The position numbers and the translations under genes are program-made. The notes below the pieces were generated by a model that worked only from the letters and a program-made list of their open reading frames with translations, did no database searches and was not told the origin of the DNA. A stretch of 64,000 nucleotides of DNA from the human T2T-CHM13v2.0 reference genome, Homo sapiens. Shown in pieces: positions 1 to 35,890 of this stretch (position 1 is the first letter of the stretch; every line of letters starts with the position of its first letter). Where the stretch lies: NCBI RefSeq assembly GCF_009914755.1, contig NC_060933.1. One strand, 5' to 3'.

Positions 1-7216
<7,216 letters not shown>

Positions 7217-7404
7217 TAGAAATCCATCTGCCCCCCAAATCCTTCCTCAGGGGACTACAAAGAAAATTGCCTATCTCAAAACTTGGTACCAAGTGAAAAA
7301 GGGGGACATATTTCCCCTAAAACTTCATAACTACAAGCTGGCTCATGCGTGATTTGCAGATGGAATTCACTCTACCTGAGTAGTCTGAAATACTATCAAG
7401 ATAA

Positions 7405-7959
7405 TGAGGTAGGAGGTGGGACTGGACTCCAGAGGCAGGGCTCAGCAGCGGACCAAATTGAGGACTAGCTAAAACAGGGATGGGGCAGAAGTGGTTTTCC
7501 ATATGACATGGCCACCAGTGTGCTATGTCAGTTTACCATTGCCATGACAACACCCAGAAGTTACCACCCCTTTCCACAGCAATGACCCAATGAACTGGAA
7601 GTTACCACCCTTTACATACAGAAATTACTGCATAGTCCACCCCTTAATTTGCATGTAGTTAAAAGTGGGTATAAATCTGAATGCAGCACTGCCTCTGAGC
7701 TGCTGCTCTGAGCATACAGCCTATAGGACAGCCCTGCTCCACAAGGACCAGTACCTCTGCAGGTTTATTAGGATCTTGGAAGAGCATAATGGGAAAAGAA
7801 AGATGTACTCTGTTACCAAATTTTTTAAGTATACACTGCTGCTTCAATAAAAGTTGCTGTCTAACACCACTGGCTCATCCTTGGATTTTCTTTCCTGGGC
7901 AAAGCTAAGAACCTCCCAAGGCTAAGCCCCAATTTGGGGGCTCACCTGCCCTCCCATCA
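7405..7959 (+). mobile_element. ERV1 5' LTR (MER66-like)
   Basis: TG...CA termini, TATA-like GGTATAAAT and AATAAA, followed by an internal leader beginning TCTGGTG. Subfamily named from memory. Confidence 0.7.
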
Positions 7960-10900
7960 TCTGGTGATCAATGAAAGGAAAAAGATAATGAGCAAGAGGC
8001 AGCAAGTCAGTGGAGACAGTGGCAGTCAGCAGACAGGTGAGATGGTGGGACAGCAGAGACGGTGGCAATCAGCGGTCAGTGGAGAGGTGACGACTATGAG
8101 AGACAGCAACTGGGAAGACAGTGAGAGACTGACAAGACCAAGCAGAGACAGCGAGAGACCGCAAAGCGGTCTGTGATCAAGGCTGCAAGAGCTATAACAC
8201 TGAGGCTGTAACAATAAAGAGCTGCTAACACTAACCAAAGGCTCTTTTCAGAGCCATCATTTTCCCTGGCAGGCGGCAGGGCCAAGCAGACACACTAATG
8301 GCCATAATGTCACTGCCTCATGTGAGCTCTGACCATGGCAGGCCAGTGGGTTACCAGTCCCTATGCTTGCCCCCTGTGTGACAGCTGAGCCCACCCAAGC
8401 TGGGGGGTCCTGGAGGGACCTTCACCAGGGTCCCACATGAAAGACTGGCTGGTGCCATTTGGCTCCTATGGATGGGTAAGTGTCCCTTCTTCCCCTACTC
8501 CATAACATCTAGTGAGCTGGGGAATAAAAAGCCTTCGGCTAAGTGGTTAAAAGTCCCCCACAGTATGAGTGCCCTGAGGCACATCCTTGTGACCTCTCCC
8601 CCCTGTGCTTTCTTCTCTGACTCCATATTATTGTTCCACCAATCATTTTATTTTTATTTCGAGTCCAAAAATTTACGTTTCATTTGAAGCGTTATGTTTC
8701 CTTTTGACTTTCTGTTAACTGTGTTTGAGCAATTGTTTAAGGCTGGATGTTTAGTTGTGCTCTGTTGCGTCAACTCTGGGACACCAGAGTCACATTGTTC
8801 TATGACCCCAACTTGGTCTTGGGTTCACTGTTGGCCACTCCCTTGGTGCCCCCAGGTTTTTGGCATTTGGTGAGGGGACCCTCATTGGCTGAAACAGGCA
8901 CTCTGGGTTTCCAGCATTGGTATGATAGGCCACTCCCAGATGCTCTGGGGTTTTCAGGATTGACATTCCCTCTAGGATTATAGGTTATAGCCCCACCCAC
9001 TACGGGAATATTGGTATCAACTTTTTCTGCCCTGAAGTTAGAAGTTACTGTTTTCCTGACAGCCAGTTGCAAGCCCCTTACCGTATTCTGTCTTAGAACT
9101 GCTTTGCTCAAGCCCCTCTACATCAAACGGACCAGGAGTTCCCAGGCCCCTGGCCTGATGGACAACCACTCAACAGCGGTAGACGAGTGGCCACCTGAAC
9201 ATTATTATTATTATTTTTTTTTTTTTGGTGTCTCCACTACTGGGAAGGGTCTCTGGCAAGTCAGGGCCTCTGCGGTCTCTCCTCAGGCAACGCTGCTTAT
9301 CCCCTTCCCTTCCTCTCTTCCACAGTCTCCATGTGTTTAGCCGCCTTCTCTGAACAACCCTCACTCTGTGGAATTTAAGCTCAACATTCTACTGCCCTTT
9401 TGTGGCTTGTAATCCACTTTTGTAATGCCTTCTTACCTATACTTAAACCTTCTCTACAGGGAGTGGGAATCTAAAAGGGAAAAATAACAAGGGCCTAGTT
9501 ACTTTCCCTCTTGCTTAGAAAAATTTGTGCGCATAAAAATCCTTGTTAATCATGGGGACAATGATGAGTATTCCAGATAACTCACCATTAGGATGCCCTT
9601 CAGGCTAATTCAGCTTAAAGAAAAATTCATTTTCTATTGCAAAACCGTTTGGGTTCAATACAAACTATAAAACCAACAGATATGGCCTAAACATGGTTCT
9701 ATATGCTATGATATTTTACAGTTGGACTTTTTCTGTAAAAAAGAAGGAAAATCGGAAGAGGTCCCTTATGTACAGTAAAGGGCTATTATGACCCTTTACT
9801 GGCTCACATTAGTTAAGGCACCAGAAAGCCACATCTAAGGGATCTCCTCCTAGCTGCTCCCCCTAGAAGGTCTATGCCCTCCCTGGAATCTCCTCAGTCT
9901 CCCAATTGTGAGGCGGGTCCCACCAGTTCTCTAACAAAGGACTCCACCCCAAGGTCATCAGGCACCTCTCCCCCTTTTCCAATTAGCCTCAGCCTATACC
10001 CCCAACTGCCCAAGAAAGTATGCCCAACCAGTACCACCAGGAGTGGGACTGCCCCTAAAGTCAAACTGTGTCCATTGTGGGAGGTAGCCCATGGAAATGG
10101 GGGGGACACCTGGAGTGCATGTGCCATTTTTTATGTCTAATTTGGCTTTATACAAGGAGAACTTTGGCCAGTTTTCAGAGGAGTTTAAGTTGACCACATT
10201 CTTTGATTTAATTTGTCATGACTTGCAAGTATTGTCATCTGCTTGTTGTGCCATGGGGAAAAAAAGTGGAGAAAAAAGTATGTGGTTAAGCCAGCTAAAG
10301 ATGACAAGGTTAGAAAAATAACTCAGCGAAAAGATAAAAATCCCACTCTGCTTCAGGGTCATTTTGTTGACGCACTCAGGAAATATACTAATGCAGATTC
10401 AGACTCCCCAGAAGGGCAAGCTCTCCTGCGTTACATTTTATTACTCTATCTGCCCCTGACATTAGCAGGAAGCTACAGAAAGCAGCAATGGGACCTCAAA
10501 TCCCTATGAGCCAACTCAAATTCGGCCTTTAAAGTTTACGACAATAGGGATGAAGCAAAAGAGGTTAAAAAAAAAAAAGAAAAAAAGAAAGAGCCAAAAA
10601 GTGCAATTGTTAACAGTTACTTTAAGCCCCCTGCCATCTCAGAATTACCCATCCCAAGAAAGCGTTGCGAGATCAGCATCTGGGATGCCCAGAAAAGATC
10701 CCTCGACTCACTGGTCCCTGGGCCACGATCAGTGTGCCTACTATAAGCAAAAAGGCCACTGGCAATCACAGCATCCTAACCATCCCCGGTGAGAGAGGAA
10801 AAGGCTCCCTATCAATAGTAGAGCTAACCTTCCACTAGCCCCAACAAGTTGCTTGCTCAAGTAAGGTTACTAAAGTTCTCAGCCCCTTGGCCTAACTGAC

Positions 10901-11572
10901 AGCTTCCCACAGTGGCAGATAAGTGGCTGCCCAAACATTTCTCTTTGGTGTCTTGGCTGCTGGGTGAGCTCTCCAGCAGCTCAGGGACTCCAGAATCTCC
11001 CCTTGAGCAATGCAGGTTGCACCTTCCCTTCCTTATTTGATGCTATAGGATCCCCTTCCCTGCCTCTTCCTGTCTTCCAAACCTATCTGGGCAAACAACA
11101 TTTGGCTAGGTAGATGGGTTCCAATTGTGAAACTAACTTGAATCCAGCTGTCTTATATAAGTCGTTTTATTTAATGTGCTTGTTTAGGTGTATATACAGG
11201 TATGGTGATGAGCATTGTGTCTAGCATGCTATCAAATTGGCTTATAAACAAACAAGCACTCATAAATAAGACTAGTCTAAGCTTATTAGTTTGAAGAGGA
11301 TGTTGTGTCTTCTAAAATTTAAGAATTTTTACATAGGTAAATCACTGATGTTCATAGGCTTTAAAATGGTTAAAATGGCTTTAAATGGTGACTAGCTTTG
11401 CATGGTATCTTGGTTCTGGGAGGTGGGCTAGATACAATTGTTAAAAGTAAAAAGGTTAAGTATATATGAATGGAATACATGCTTAAATAGTGAGCTTAAT
11501 GTGAGGTTTAAAATCCTAAAATGGTGGAATGGTTCTCATCCATTGAATGCCAATGTCTGATGGGCATTTCAG
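7960..11572 (+). mobile_element. ERV1 internal region with decayed gag
   Basis: MA-like peptide at ~9600-9780, CA-like LLQGHFVDALRKYTNADSDSPEGQALL, and a degenerate zinc knuckle DQCAYYKQKGHW. Many stops and frameshifts. Confidence 0.75.
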
Positions 11573-11574
11573 AA

Positions 11575-11867
11575 TTTCTTTTTAACTTTTGTGGGTACAT
11601 AGTAGGTGTATATATTTCTGGGGTACAGGAGATGTTTTGATACAGGCATGCAATGTGAAATAAGCACAACATGGAGAATGGGGTCCCCATCCCCTCGAGC
11701 ATCCTTTGAGCTACAAACAATCCAATTACACTCTTTATTTTAAAATATACAATTAAATTATTGACTATAGTCACCCCATTGTGCTATCAAATAATGGGCC
11801 TAATTCATTCTATTTTTGTACCCATTCACCATCCCCACCCTCCCCCAGCAATTCCCCACTACCCTTC
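11575..11867 (-). mobile_element. L1MA-type LINE 3' end fragment
   Basis: T-rich tail followed by antisense L1MA 3' UTR (gtgggtacatagtaggtgtatatattt...); cut off by the THE1 insertion. Confidence 0.7.
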
Positions 11868-14494
11868 TGATATGGTTTGACTCTGTGTCCCCACCCAAAT
11901 CTCAGGTTGAATTGTAATTTCCAGTATTGGGGGAGGGACCTGATGGGAGGTGACTGAATCATGAAGGCGGATTTCCCCCATGCTGTTCTCATCATAGTGA
12001 CTCAGTTCTCACAAGATCTGGTGGTTTAAAAGTGTGTAGCACTTCCCCACTTTGCTAACTCACTCTCATACCACCATTGTAAGATGTGTCTTGCTTCCCC
12101 TTTGCCTTCCACCATGATTGTAAGTTTACTGAGGGCTCCCTAGCCATGTGGAACTGTGAGTCAATTAAATCTCTTTTCTTTATAAATTACCCAGTCTCAG
12201 GTAGTTTCTTTATAGCATTGTGAAAACAGACCACAGAAAATTGGTACCAAGAGTAGGGTAAAGATACCTGAAAATGTGGAAGTGACTTTAGAACTGGGTA
12301 ATGGGCAGAGTTTGGAACAGTTTAGAGGGCTCAGAAGAAGACAGGGAGGTGTGGGAAAAGTTTGGAACTTCCTAGAGATTTGTTGAATGGTTTTGACCAA
12401 AATGCTGATAGTGATATGGACGGTGAAATCTGAGATGGTAATCTCAGATGGAGATGATCAGATGGAGATGAGGAATTTATTGGGAACTGGAGCAAAGGTC
12501 ACTCTTGCTATGCTTTAGCAAAGAGACAGGTGGCATTGTGCCTCTGCTCTAAGGAATCTGTGGAACTCTGAACTTGAGAGAGATGATTTAGGATATCTGG
12601 TGGAAGAAATTTCTAAGAAAGAAAGTGTTCAAGATGTGACCTGGCTGCTCCTAACAGTGTACAGTCATATGTGTTCACAAAGAGATGGTCTGAAATTGGA
12701 ACTTATGTTTAAAAGAGAAGCAGAGCATAAAAGTTTAGAAAATTTGCAGCCTGATTATGTGGTAGAAAAGAAAAACCCATTTTCTTGGGAGAAATTCAAG
12801 CTGCTGGCTGCAGAAATTTGCATAAGTAGAGAAGAGCCAAATGTTAATCACTAAGACAATGGGGAAAATGCCTCCAGGACATTTCTGAGATGTTCACAGC
12901 AGCCTCTCTCATCACAGGCCCAGAGGCCTAGAGAGAAAAATGGTTTCATGGGCTGGGCCTAGGGCCCCACTGCTCAGTGCGGCCTCAGGACATGGTACCC
13001 TGCCACTTCAGTTCCAGCCATGGCTCAAAGGGGCCAAGGTACAGCTCAGGCTGTGGCCTCAGAGGGTGCAAGCCCCAAGCCTTGGTGGCTTCCATGTGGT
13101 GTTGCACCTGTGGGTGCACAGAAGGCAAGAGTTTGAAAGCCACCACCTAGTTTTCAGAGGATGTATGGAAATGCTTGGATGTCCAGGCAGAATTCTGCTG
13201 CAGTGGAGGGCACTCATGGAGAATCACTACTAGGGCAATGTGGAGAGGAAATGTGAAGTTGGAGCACCCCCCCCCACAAGAGTCCCCACTGGGGCACTGC
13301 CTAGCGGAGCTGTGAGAAGAGGGCCACTGTCCCCCAGACTCCAGAATGGTAGATCCACTGACAGCTTGCACCATGTGCCTGGAAAAGCCACAGGCACTCA
13401 ATCCCAGCCCATGAAAGCCCCCCAAGGGGCCATACCATGCAGAGTCACAGGGGTGGAGCTGTCGAAGGCCTTGGGAGCCCACCTTTTGCATCAGTATGCC
13501 CTGGATGTGAGACATGGAGTCAAAGGAAATTATATGGGGGCTTTAAGATTTAATGATTGCTCTGCTGGGTTTTGGACTTGCATGGGGCCTGTAGCCCCTT
13601 TGTGTTTTTGTTGTTGTTGTTGTTATTTTTGGTTTTTTTTTGAGATGAAGTCTCACTCTGTCACCCAGGCTGGAGTCCAATGGCATCATCTCGGGTCACT
13701 GCCACCTCTATCCCCCAGGTTCAAGCGATCTTCCTGCCTGAGCCTCCCCAGTAGCTAGGAATACAGGTGTGTGCCACCACTCCTGGCTAATTTTCATATT
13801 TTTAGTAGAAACATGGTTTTACCATGTTGGCCAGGCTGGTCTCAAACTCCTGACTCAAGTGATCTACCCACCTTGGCCTCCAAAAGTGCTAGGATTATAG
13901 GCGTAAGCCACTGTACTCGGCTGTTTTGGCCAATTTCTACCATTTGGAATAAGAGCATTTACCCAATGCCTATACCCCCACTGTATCTTGGAACTACCTT
14001 GTTTATTTTACAGGATCATAGGCAGAACAGACTTGCCTTGTCTCAGATGAGACTTTGGACTTGAACTTTTGGGTTAATGCTGGAATGAGTTAGGACTCTG
14101 GGGGACTATTGAGAAGGCATGATTGTGTTTCAAAATGTGAGAAGGACATGAGATTTGGGAGGGGCCAGGGCGAAATACTATGGTTTGGCTCTGTATCTCC
14201 ACCCAAATCTCATATTGAATTATAATTTCCAATGTTGGGGGAGAAACACGGTTGAATCTTAGGGGCGGATTTCCCCCAGGCTGTTCTCACGATAGTGAGT
14301 TCTCATGAAATCTGATGATTTAAAAGTGTGTAGCACTTCCTCCCTCGCTCTCTCTCTCTCCTGCCATGTAAGATGTGCCTTACTTCCCCTTTGCCTTCTG
14401 CCATGATTGTAAGTTTCCTAAGGCTTCCCCAACCACGTGGAACTGTGAGTCAATTGAACTCTCTTCTTTACAATTACCCAGTCTCAGGTACTCT
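11868..14494 (+). mobile_element. THE1/MST MaLR element (LTR-internal-LTR; THE1D/MSTA-like)
   Basis: LTRs start TGATATGGTTTG (11868-~12235) and TACTATGGTTTGG (14176-~14494). The internal part has typical MaLR ORF remnants (EEISK..., [18 protein letters not shown]) and an antisense Alu at ~13630-13922. Confidence 0.88.
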
Positions 14495-14643
14495 TTGTTT
14501 TGTTTTGTTTTGTTTTGGCAGAGTCTCACTCTGTTGCCCAGGCTAAAGTGCAGTGGTGCAATCTTGGCTCACTGTAACTCTTCTTCCCAGGTTCAAGTGA
14601 TTCTTGTGCCTCAGCCACCTGAGTAGCTGGGATTACAGCCATG

Positions 14644-15154
14644 TGTTGGGAACTGGTCCCCAAATCTGGCCATAAACTGACCCCAAAACTGGCCATAAAC
14701 AAAATCTCTGCAGCACTGTGACATGTTCGTGATGGCCATGATACCCACACTGAAGGTTGTGGATTTACTGGAATGAAGGCAAGGAACACCTAGCCCACAC
14801 AGGGCAGAAAACTGCTTAAAGGTGTTCCTAAACCACAAGCAATAGCATGAGCGATCCGTGCCTTAAGGACATGTTGCTGCTGCAGATAACTAGCCAGAGC
14901 CCATTCCTTTGTTTCAGCCCATCCCTTTGTTTCCTGTAAGGAATACTTTTAGTTAATCTATAATCTATAGAAATAATGCTTATCACTGGCTTGCTGTCAA
15001 TAAATATGTGGGTCAAACTCTGTTTGGGGCTCTCAGCTCTGCAGGCTGTTGAGTCCCCTGATTTCCCACTCCACACTACATATTTCTGTGTGTGTGTCTT
15101 TAATTCCTCCAGCACCGCTGGGTTAGGGTCTCCACGACGGAGCTGGTCTCAGCA
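14644..15154 (+). mobile_element. MER9 LTR (5' LTR of HERV-K9 / HML-3)
   Basis: TGTTGGGAAC...CCATAAACAAAATCTCTGCAGCACTGTGACATG...CTCAGCA; ~510 bp with AATAAA. Confidence 0.85.
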
Positions 15155-18012
<2,858 letters not shown>

Positions 18013-18742
18013 CCTACCCGGAAAAATCTCACTGCCTCTCCCCAGACTATTACTTGTTAGATGGAACTCTCCCCCACTTAATGGGTTCCACCTGAACCCC
18101 CTCACTGCTATTATGTGGACCTGGAAAGTTGGGTATCTATACTTCTAGTGCACTAATGATTCTATCTTTGGCACCCAGTGTTGTGTTAATGACACAAAAG
18201 CCAAGTTTCCTGCAATGCTCTGATCCAGCCTTAGTTGCCAAGTTCCCAATGCCACAGCAAAGTAAATGGGATAGAACTTGTAAGCAATGAGACCATCTAT
18301 GGTTCCTTCCCCTGGATCAGAACATACAGGAGAAAAAAAAAAAGGAACACATGGGAGAAAAACAACTATTTAGTCTGGGAAGGTGGGAGTACCTCCTCCC
18401 CTTTTGGAAAACAAAGATTGTTCAACCACCCCAATTAGAACAGGGAAAAATATCTCTATAGACACAACTTGGCAGCAAAGGGTAGGCATCGCACCCCGTA
18501 GGGACCCTGTTTGTGCTCCAACTGGGCTTGTTTTTGTTTGTGGCCATGAGTGGGAAGAAGTCATGCCCTGTAACCACTCCTGACTCCCTGGGGAGTCACC
18601 TGTTCTTTTAAGAATAGCTTTCCCTTGTATATCAAAAACATGAAACAGAGGTGACTGTATGTTGGCCACCCTTTCCCCTCCAGGAGTCACACAGTCTATA
18701 ACCCCATAAGACCCAAGAACACCAGAAATAAATGAGCAATAG
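18013..18742 (+). mobile_element. ERV1-type env SU remnant
   Basis: Peptide CAPTGLVFVCG...CMLATL...P.NTRNK*AI resembles the end of a gamma-type SU with the furin site mutated to a stop. Confidence 0.55.
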
Positions 18743-23625
<4,883 letters not shown>

Positions 23626-23776
23626 AACAACAGAAATTGAAACTAAGTGAACAAAAAAGGAGTTTGGTATTCATTCAAAAAGTTAAACATACATGCCTTC
23701 TGGCCTAAGAAGTCAGCCATTAATCATATTGTTGTTCCCCTGTACATCATAAGTCATTATTCTTTTGCTACTTTCA

Positions 23777-24286
<510 letters not shown>

Positions 24287-24399
24287 TGATTATTATTTTA
24301 ATCCCTACAGCAACCACTAAGAAAGTTATTAAATATATATAACAATATATTTATCCTATAAATGCAATGTTGGTTTAACAGAAAATTAATTAATGTAGA

Positions 24400-27100
<2,701 letters not shown>

Positions 27101-27159
27101 TGATATACCATAGTTTAGAAATATAGGCAACATAAAAAGATGTAAATTGAGAAAATGTA

Positions 27160-27880
<721 letters not shown>

Positions 27881-28349
27881 GTAGTGACCAAGAAACAGTA
27901 AACATCATACTTAATAGTAAACCATTAAAAACATTATTTGGCTGGGCACAGTGGCTCATGCCTGTAATCCCAGCACTTTGGGAGGCTAAGGCAGGTGGAT
28001 CACTTGAGCCCAAGAGTTCAAGACTAGCCTGAGCAAAACAGTAAAACCCTCTCTCTGGCAAAAAAAAAAAAAAAAAAAAAAATAGCCAGGCCTGTGGTAC
28101 ACACCTGTAGTCCCAGCTACTTGAAAGGCTAATGTGGAAGGATTACTTGAGCCTGGGAAGTGGAGGTTGCAGTGAGCTGAGATCATGCCAATGTACTCCA
28201 GCCTGGGTGACAGAGCAAGACCCTGTCTCAAAATATAACAAGATAAGAGTATCTATTGTCACATTCACTCAAAATTGTATTGAAGATCTTAGGCAAGGAA
28301 ATGGAAATTAAAGGTATAAAAATGAGAATGAAAGAAATAAAATTACAGG

Positions 28350-30060
<1,711 letters not shown>

Positions 30061-30067
30061 TTCATAG

Positions 30068-30253
<186 letters not shown>

Positions 30254-31412
30254 TAACTGGGATTACAGGCATGGGCCACCGCACCTGGCCTCGACATATT
30301 TTCAAATGCTACAATAAGATTTATATTATAGGCCGGGTGCGGTGACTCACACCTGTAATCCCAACACTTTGGGAGGCTGAGACGGGCAGATCACGAGGTC
30401 AGGAGTTTGAGACCAGCCTGGCCAACATAGTGAAACTCCATCTCTAGTAAATATACAAAAACTAGTCGGGCATGGTGGCAAGCGCCTGTAGTCCCAGCTA
30501 CTCAGGAGGCTGAGGCAGGAGAATCACTTGAACCCAGGAGGCAGAGGTTGTGGTAAGCCAAGATCATGCCACTGCATTCCAGCCTGGGCAACGGAGCAAG
30601 ACTCTGTCTCAAAAAAAAAAAAAATTATATTGTATTATTACTATTATATGTTATACCTATTCTATATTAGAGAGAACTAATAGGACAAAATGTTAACAAT
30701 TGTTGGATTTACATGAATGATGTACAGGTGTTCATTATGCATTCCTTCAACTTTTCTGCATGTTTGAATTTTTTCATAATAAAGAGATTAGGGTGACTGT
30801 TTTTGAGGGTTTGAGACAGGGTCTTGCTCTGTCGCCTGGGCTGGAGTGCAGTGGCAGCATTATGGCTTACTGCAGCTTCAACCTCTTGGGCTCAAGGATT
30901 CCTCCTACCCCAGCCTCCCATGTAGCTGGGACCACAGGCATGCACCACCACTCCTGGCTAATTTTTTGATGTTTTGTAGACAGGGGGCCTCACTTCATTG
31001 CTCAGCTTTGTCTCAAACTCCTGGGCTCAAGTGATCCTCCTGCCTCAGCCTCCCAAAGTGCTGGGATTACAGGCATGAGCCCCCATGCCCAACATGGGGA
31101 TACTATTTTGAGAATAATGAGTAATCAACCACATTCATTTAACTGCTTTTAAGGTCAATAACTTTATATTCCTCTAATACCCAGGTTGTGGTATCCAAAC
31201 ACCATTTCCCACTAAAAAAGACCATGAATCACTGGGGAAAAAAAGTAGCTGATACCAGCTCTGGTCTAGATATGCACAAAATGAGTCCAGAACATTTTAT
31301 CATATTGGATAGCAAGAAAACTGGAAATTTATGTCAGAAGGACTCAGGAACTAACTTGAATAAGTTCCCACTGGCCAAAATAGGACAGTTTTGGCCAGTG
31401 GGAACAAAATAG

Positions 31413-33530
<2,118 letters not shown>

Positions 33531-33533
33531 TCA

Positions 33534-33641
<108 letters not shown>

Positions 33642-34403
33642 TCAATCAATCAATCAATAACTGGGCTGGGTGCAGTGGCTCATGTCTGTAATCCCAGCAC
33701 TTTGGGAGGCCAAGGCAGGAGGATCACTTGAGGCCAGGAGTTTGAGACCAGCCTGGGCAAAACATGGTGAGACCCTGTCTCTACAAAAAAATTAAAAATT
33801 AGCCAGGTGTGATGGCACGTGCTTGTAGTCCCAGTTACTTGGGAGGCTGAGATGAGAGAATCACTTGAGCCCAGGAGGTCAAGGTTGCAGTGAGCTTTGT
33901 GCCACTGCACTCCAGCCTGAAAAAGAGTGAGACCCGTCTCAAAAAGAAAAAAAAGATAACTAGCAATAATTGAGTATATCACATATGTGTTAAATTATGA
34001 GTTCATAATGGTACTTTAAAAAAAACCTCATCGGTCAACTTTGGAAGATGCTGGGGAACCAACTCATTACTTTGAAAGCTGGTAAAATAAGTGAGAAACA
34101 ATCAAGTATTTATTCTGCCTTTCCTAGGAAATGTATCTCTGTGTAACAAATAGTTAATGTGGAAAAGTTTCTCCTTATAGAATTATTCTACCTAATACTT
34201 CTATAGGAATTCATTCAAAGAAGGAATGATAATATTATTTTCTAACTTTTTATTTATTTTGAGACAGGGTCTTGCTATGATGCCCAGGCTGGACTCGAAC
34301 TCCTGGGCTCAAGCAACCCTCTCGGCTCAACTTCCCATGTAGTTGGGACTATAGTCGCGTGCCACCATGCCCAGCTTTAACTCCTCTATTAATGAACCTA
34401 GAC

Positions 34404-34615
34404 CAGTGGTTCTTATTCAGGGTCAATTTTGTCCCCCAGAGGACAAATGGCAATGTCTAGACACATTTTTTTATTGTTACAGTCAGGAGGAGGTGCTACT
34501 GGCATCCATTAGGTAGAGGCCAGAGATGCTGCTAAGCATCCTACAATACACAGGACAGCCCCTACAATAAAGAATTTTCCAGCCCAAAATGTCAATAGTG
34601 CCACGGTTGAGAAAC
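34404..34615. mobile_element. MER20 (hAT-Charlie)
   Basis: Matches the recalled consensus CAGTGGTTCT...GGTAGAGGCCAGAGATGCTGCTAA...GGTTGAGAAAC. Confidence 0.85.
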
Positions 34616-35056
34616 AAATATCAGTTATTAACATCACAAAAAGACCACCACTGTATACCTCCTGTATACCTCCTGATAGAAGTGCTAAAACCATCTACAA
34701 ATTAGTTTTGCCAAAAGAAATCTAAATTTGATTAAGTTACCAATTTATATCAAATACAGAGGATGGAGGAACATGCTAAATTACCACAGAAATCAAGACT
34801 CTAAGAAACTCTACAGGACAAATGAACCAGTTTTAAAAAATAGTAAGAAAAAAGATGGAGAATAAGCATAGATCTGCAAAGACTTAAGAAACATATGGCT
34901 GGGTGTGGTGGCTCACACCTATAATCCCAGCACTTTGGGAGGCCAAGGCGAATGGAATGCTTGAGCCCAGGAGTTGAGACCAGCCTGGGCAACGTGGCAA
35001 ACCCCATCTCTACAAAAATACAAAAATTAGACAGGTGTGGTGGTACCCACACCTCA

Positions 35057-35227
<171 letters not shown>

Positions 35228-35731
35228 CTAATTTAGATTTTGATTCAAATAAACAATTTTTAAAAATCAAACGTAAGACAGTGAGGGAAATGTAAACAAC
35301 TGGATGCTTGATGACATGAAGGAACTATTGTTTTTTTTTGGTGTGACAATACTGTGATTTGGTTTTAAAGAAGAATCCTTATCATTTAGAGATAACGTAC
35401 TGAAACATTTACAGGATGAAATGATATGTCAGAAATATACACAAATATGGAGTGGGGAAGAGGGCACGGGTATAGATGAAACAAGATTGGCCATGAATTG
35501 CTCATTGGAGAATCACTGACATAGAAGGGTAAATGAAAGTAGGTACTTTCACCTGGGCCAGGTCAAATATGGCAACAGTACAACTGAGGCAAAGGAAAGC
35601 CAATTTTGCACTATGGGTTTCCAACAAAATGGTCTTACTAATCCAAGGTAAATAAACATTCATTTTTCTATTCTGTGTGTGTGTGTTAAGACATTTTCCA
35701 CCATACAAACAACAACAAAAGGTTTTTTTGA

Positions 35732-35890
<159 letters not shown>

